Origin: Felis catus
Taxonomy: Eukaryota
DNA: 64,000 nt
Direction: 5' to 3'
NCBI RefSeq assembly: GCF_018350175.1
Contig: NC_058368.1
Coordinates: 186,064,001-186,128,000, forward strand
Both the position numbers and the translations under genes were made by a program. Positions 62,587-64,000 of this stretch are shown here, one piece after another (position 1 is the first letter of the stretch; every line of letters starts with the position of its first letter). The notes below the pieces were generated by a model. That model had not been told where the DNA came from. It worked only from the letters and a program-made list of their open reading frames with translations, and did no database searches.

Positions 62587-62992
62587 CTGACCTGCTTTTC
62601 TTTCTACTTAAAACATGATTACATTCAAACTGATCTATTCCTACAATTCACAGTCATGTTCAAATCTACAAATGACTATCTCTTTTTAATCTTTTGGATC
62701 TAAACTTGGATACGATCTCTTCAAAAATGCCTTTATTGTTTTTCCCTATCACAGCTCTATGAGCAGTTCCTTAAACAAATACATTAAACTAGCTGGCATT
62801 TGGAGGCATCCCTGTACTCACCAGGCAGCGGGTATATAAGCATCTAACAGCCATACCCCCTACCCCCGTTTCCCAGAGCTCAGTGGCCAGTGGCCAACTT
62901 AAAATTTCTCTCAAGTTTGGCTTTTTCCCAAGCCCCATTTCCATGGTCTCCTGGTTGCAGTCATTGGTCAACAACCTTGGGAATTTCCTGAA

Positions 62993-63384
62993 TGAAATCT
63001 AAAATTAACTTCAGAACAGAGGGCAGGGAGAGACCAGAGAAAGAGGTAGATCACTCTGAATGGGTAGGTGACAGATTTAATAAGCAAGGGAACTTACAAG
63101 TGAGATTTGTCCCAGGGAGCCACAAGGCAACTAAACCTCCACACTTCCTTGTCAGAATCTTGAAGTATATATAGAGGCCCTAATGAGGTTTAATTACATA
63201 TTCATTCCAGGTGATCTCAACATGCCTTACTCTTTCAAAGCTGCATCCTTGAAATGGCTTCAGCTGTGGGAATGGTGGATGTAAGTTCCCTCCAAGGACA
63301 CAGAGGAGACCAGGAGCCTCCAGTTGCCTGGGTGGAGCTCTGAGGTCAAATGAAAATCACAATCTCTGGATCGTTTCCTTCAAC
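62993..63384 (-). mobile_element. Probable solo LTR
   Basis: Ends …cttcaaca. Minus-strand ATTAAA at ~63076 and a TATA-like tatatata at ~63166 are in LTR order. The left boundary is uncertain. Confidence 0.55.
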
Positions 63385-63960
63385 ACAACACTCCTAGGCA
63401 TTTATACCAGGAAAATTAAAACTTGTATCTACTCAAAAACTTGTGTAAGATGGTCTTAGCAGTTTTGTATAGTAGTAAAAACCTGAAAGTAACAAAAATG
63501 CCTTCTATTGGTGAATATTTAAACAAATTGTGGTACACCCATTACTCGGAATATAACTCAACAAGACAAAAGAACAAATTATTTCATTGTGCTGTGTGAA
63601 AAAAAAAAAAGACAACCTCGAAAGGTCAAATACCCTATGATTTCATTTATATAATATTCCGCAAATTCCAAAATTATATAACCGTAGTTTGGGGATATGG
63701 AGTGGTAGGGGTGGGTTTAACTGTAGAAGCTTAGTAGCAGGGAGATCTTTGTGGGGCTGAAAAATTCCTGTGTCTTGATTGTGCTGGTGGTTACATAAAT
63801 CACAAATGACATACAGCTGTATACACACATTATAGTTATGTCAAACTCCTGGTTTTAATATTGTACTACCTATTAGGGAAAATGGGTGATAGGCACGCAG
63901 GACCTCGCTGTATTATCAATTTTCCATGCATCTATACTTATTTCAAAATAAAATTCAAAA
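63385..63960 (+). mobile_element. L1 3' end (L1MC-like)
   Basis: ctcctaggcatttat…aaacaaattgtggtacacc…tgtcttgattgtgctggtggttaca…tatttcaaaataaaa. Confidence 0.85.
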
Positions 63961-64000
63961 GAGAATTAAGGTATAGGTGGTAGATGAAAAATGCTGGGAT

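Noticed and set aside
1..64000. CpG island or promoter; a novel multi-gene system
   Set aside because: CpG is depleted outside the young SINEs and there are no long ORFs or gene clusters. Nothing in the sequence supports such a claim.

Overview
AT-rich mammalian genomic DNA, very likely from a felid: it carries about 35 carnivore tRNA-derived Can-SINEs, and the youngest have the longer feliform-type body (…ggctctgggctgatggctcagagcctggagcctg…). The window looks intronic or intergenic. Contents: many SINEs with readable target-site duplications (TSDs), several of them stacked or nested; old and carnivore-age L1 fragments, two of them with a 5'-inversion (twin-priming) structure; solo LTRs; MIR, L2 and hAT relics; microsatellites; a recently expanded 18-bp minisatellite; a full-length but disabled RPL35A processed pseudogene; and a tailless 5'-half tRNA-Cys retrocopy. 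I cannot identify any intact protein-coding gene. Most ORFs in the supplied track fall in SINEs, L1 or simple repeats, and the rest match no protein I recognise. A few short segments have strong splice signals (candidate microexons or exons), but they cannot be assigned to a gene without alignment or RNA-seq. I see no evidence of a new biological system; the most interesting signals are retrotransposition-mechanism footprints. Repeat subfamily names come from remembered consensus motifs, not a database search, and boundaries of old elements are approximate.
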